From an uncultured Gemmatimonadales bacterium (GTDB taxonomy: Bacteria; Gemmatimonadota; Gemmatimonadetes; Gemmatimonadales; Gemmatimonadaceae), in assembly GCA_963850905.1 (NCBI GenBank), contig CAWKMU010000003.1, forward strand, positions 864,001 through 928,000: a stretch of 64,000 bases of DNA, written 5' to 3'. Numbering within the stretch: the first letter of the stretch is position 1; each line of letters begins with the position of its first letter. The position numbers were made by a program, and so were the translations under genes. Below the pieces are notes generated by a model that saw nothing but the letters and a program-made list of their open reading frames with translations, was not told where the DNA came from and searched no databases. Of the stretch, positions 63,058 to 64,000 are shown piece by piece.

Positions 63058-63771
63058 GTGATCGTCGTTCCTTCGCTGCCGCTGCTCGGCGGCGCGTGCG
63101 CGCTGCAGGTCCGCGGCGACCCGGGAGAGGAGCGCGTCCGGATCGCTGATCCCCCTACAGTCGCCCGCGAGTGGGAGCAAGCCGGTTTTCGACGATTGCA
63201 CATCGTCGATCTCGACGCCGTCGCCGGTCACGGGTCGAACGATCGCGTCATCCAGCAGATACTGGCGACGACACACATGGACGTTCAGATCGGCGGAGGC
63301 GTTCGCACTGAAGAACGGATCGAATGGCTGCTCGAGAGTGGCGCGAGCAGTGTGGTCATTGGCACGCGGGCGCTCGAGGACCCGTCGTGGCTCGAAGAGG
63401 TCGCGACACATCTCCCCAATGAGTTGCTCGTCGCGGCGGACGTGCGAGATCGCCGTGTGGTGACGCGTGGCTGGCAGCACACGCCCGGAAGCGACATCTT
63501 CGACGCCTTACGAGAGCTCGCATCGTTACCCCTCGCGGGCCTCATTGTCACGGCCGTTCACCGTCAGGGCACGCTCACAGGATCGGACTTGCCGCTCATG
63601 GAAGACGTGGTCGAGGCTACACCGTTCCCGGTCTATGCGGCTGGCGGGATTGCATCCCTCCCCGAGCTTCGAGCCCTGGCTGAGCGGGGACTCGCCGGGG
63701 CGATCGTGGGGATGGCGCTCTACACCGGAGCGATCGACGCACGGATTGCCGCTACCGAGTTCGAGGAATGA
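63058..63771 (+). CDS. hisA: HisA family (ProFAR isomerase-like) protein
   Basis: LHIVDLDA, QIGGGVR, VVIGT.A, RGW, AAGGI, GAIVG.ALY. Confidence 0.85.
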   Translation: MIVVPSLPLLGGACALQVRGDPGEERVRIADPPTVAREWEQAGFRRLHIVDLDAVAGHGSNDRVIQQILATTHMDVQIGGGVRTEERIEWLLESGASSVVIGTRALEDPSWLEEVATHLPNELLVAADVRDRRVVTRGWQHTPGSDIFDALRELASLPLAGLIVTAVHRQGTLTGSDLPLMEDVVEATPFPVYAAGGIASLPELRALAERGLAGAIVGMALYTGAIDARIAATEFEE

Positions 63772-64000
63772 AACGACGCCAGGGCCAGGCGGCACCGCTA
63801 GAGGCCGATAGTCCGGATGCATTGCTGAGCGCGGTCGCGGAGGTGGCGCGCGCCGCAGGCGATGTCGCCCTGTCCTACTTCGATCAGGCCCGCCGATCGG
63901 CGCTGGCCATCGAGGTCAAGCCCGATGGCTCGCCCGTGACCGCGGCTGATCGTGCGGCGGAATCGACGGCACGAGAGTGGATCGAGCACCGGTTCCCGGA
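63768..64000 (+). CDS. Inositol monophosphatase family / histidinol-phosphatase (HisN-like), runs off the window
   Basis: ATG overlaps the hisA stop; translates to A..AG..AL.YF...EVKPDGSPVTAADRAAE...WI..RFP. Confidence 0.85.
   Translation, partial: MKRRQGQAAPLEADSPDALLSAVAEVARAAGDVALSYFDQARRSALAIEVKPDGSPVTAADRAAESTAREWIEHRFP

Overview
GC-rich bacterial chromosomal segment with about 55 CDS. The ADOP/PadR pair, DUF5916 and the HisA type suggest Gemmatimonadota/Acidobacteriota (inference). No rRNA, tRNA or CRISPR array was recognised. Main content: (1) An ~18 kb aromatic catabolic cluster (12.1-30.2 kb). It holds a tryptophan-dioxygenase-superfamily heme protein with SLKGR in place of the GTGGS loop, a permease, a bicupin, a class-V PLP enzyme, an amidohydrolase, an isatin-hydrolase/KynB-type cyclase, IorAB and an anthraniloyl-CoA monooxygenase (abm-like) operon with no CoA ligase. 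Together these suggest a Trp/indole -> oxindole/isatin -> isatinate -> anthraniloyl-CoA route. (2) A REP-associated tyrosine transposase (RAYT) flanked by GTAG REPs, a 120-bp REP tandem array, a distant REP doublet and a second REP class. (3) A dispersed family of 15 or more intergenic palindromic elements. About 11 share the core AAACCTCGRGGCCAG-(TGCA loop)-CTGGCCYCGAGGTTTGT, flanked by inverted arrays of interchangeable 7-mers that often supply the neighbouring genes' stop codons. (4) Four apparent single-base frameshifts (iorA, abmA and two in the ADOP gene), probably sequencing errors. The rest is transporters, secreted and outer-membrane proteins, a sensor diguanylate cyclase, a small alarmone hydrolase, a blue-copper lipoprotein and hisA/hisN-like genes.
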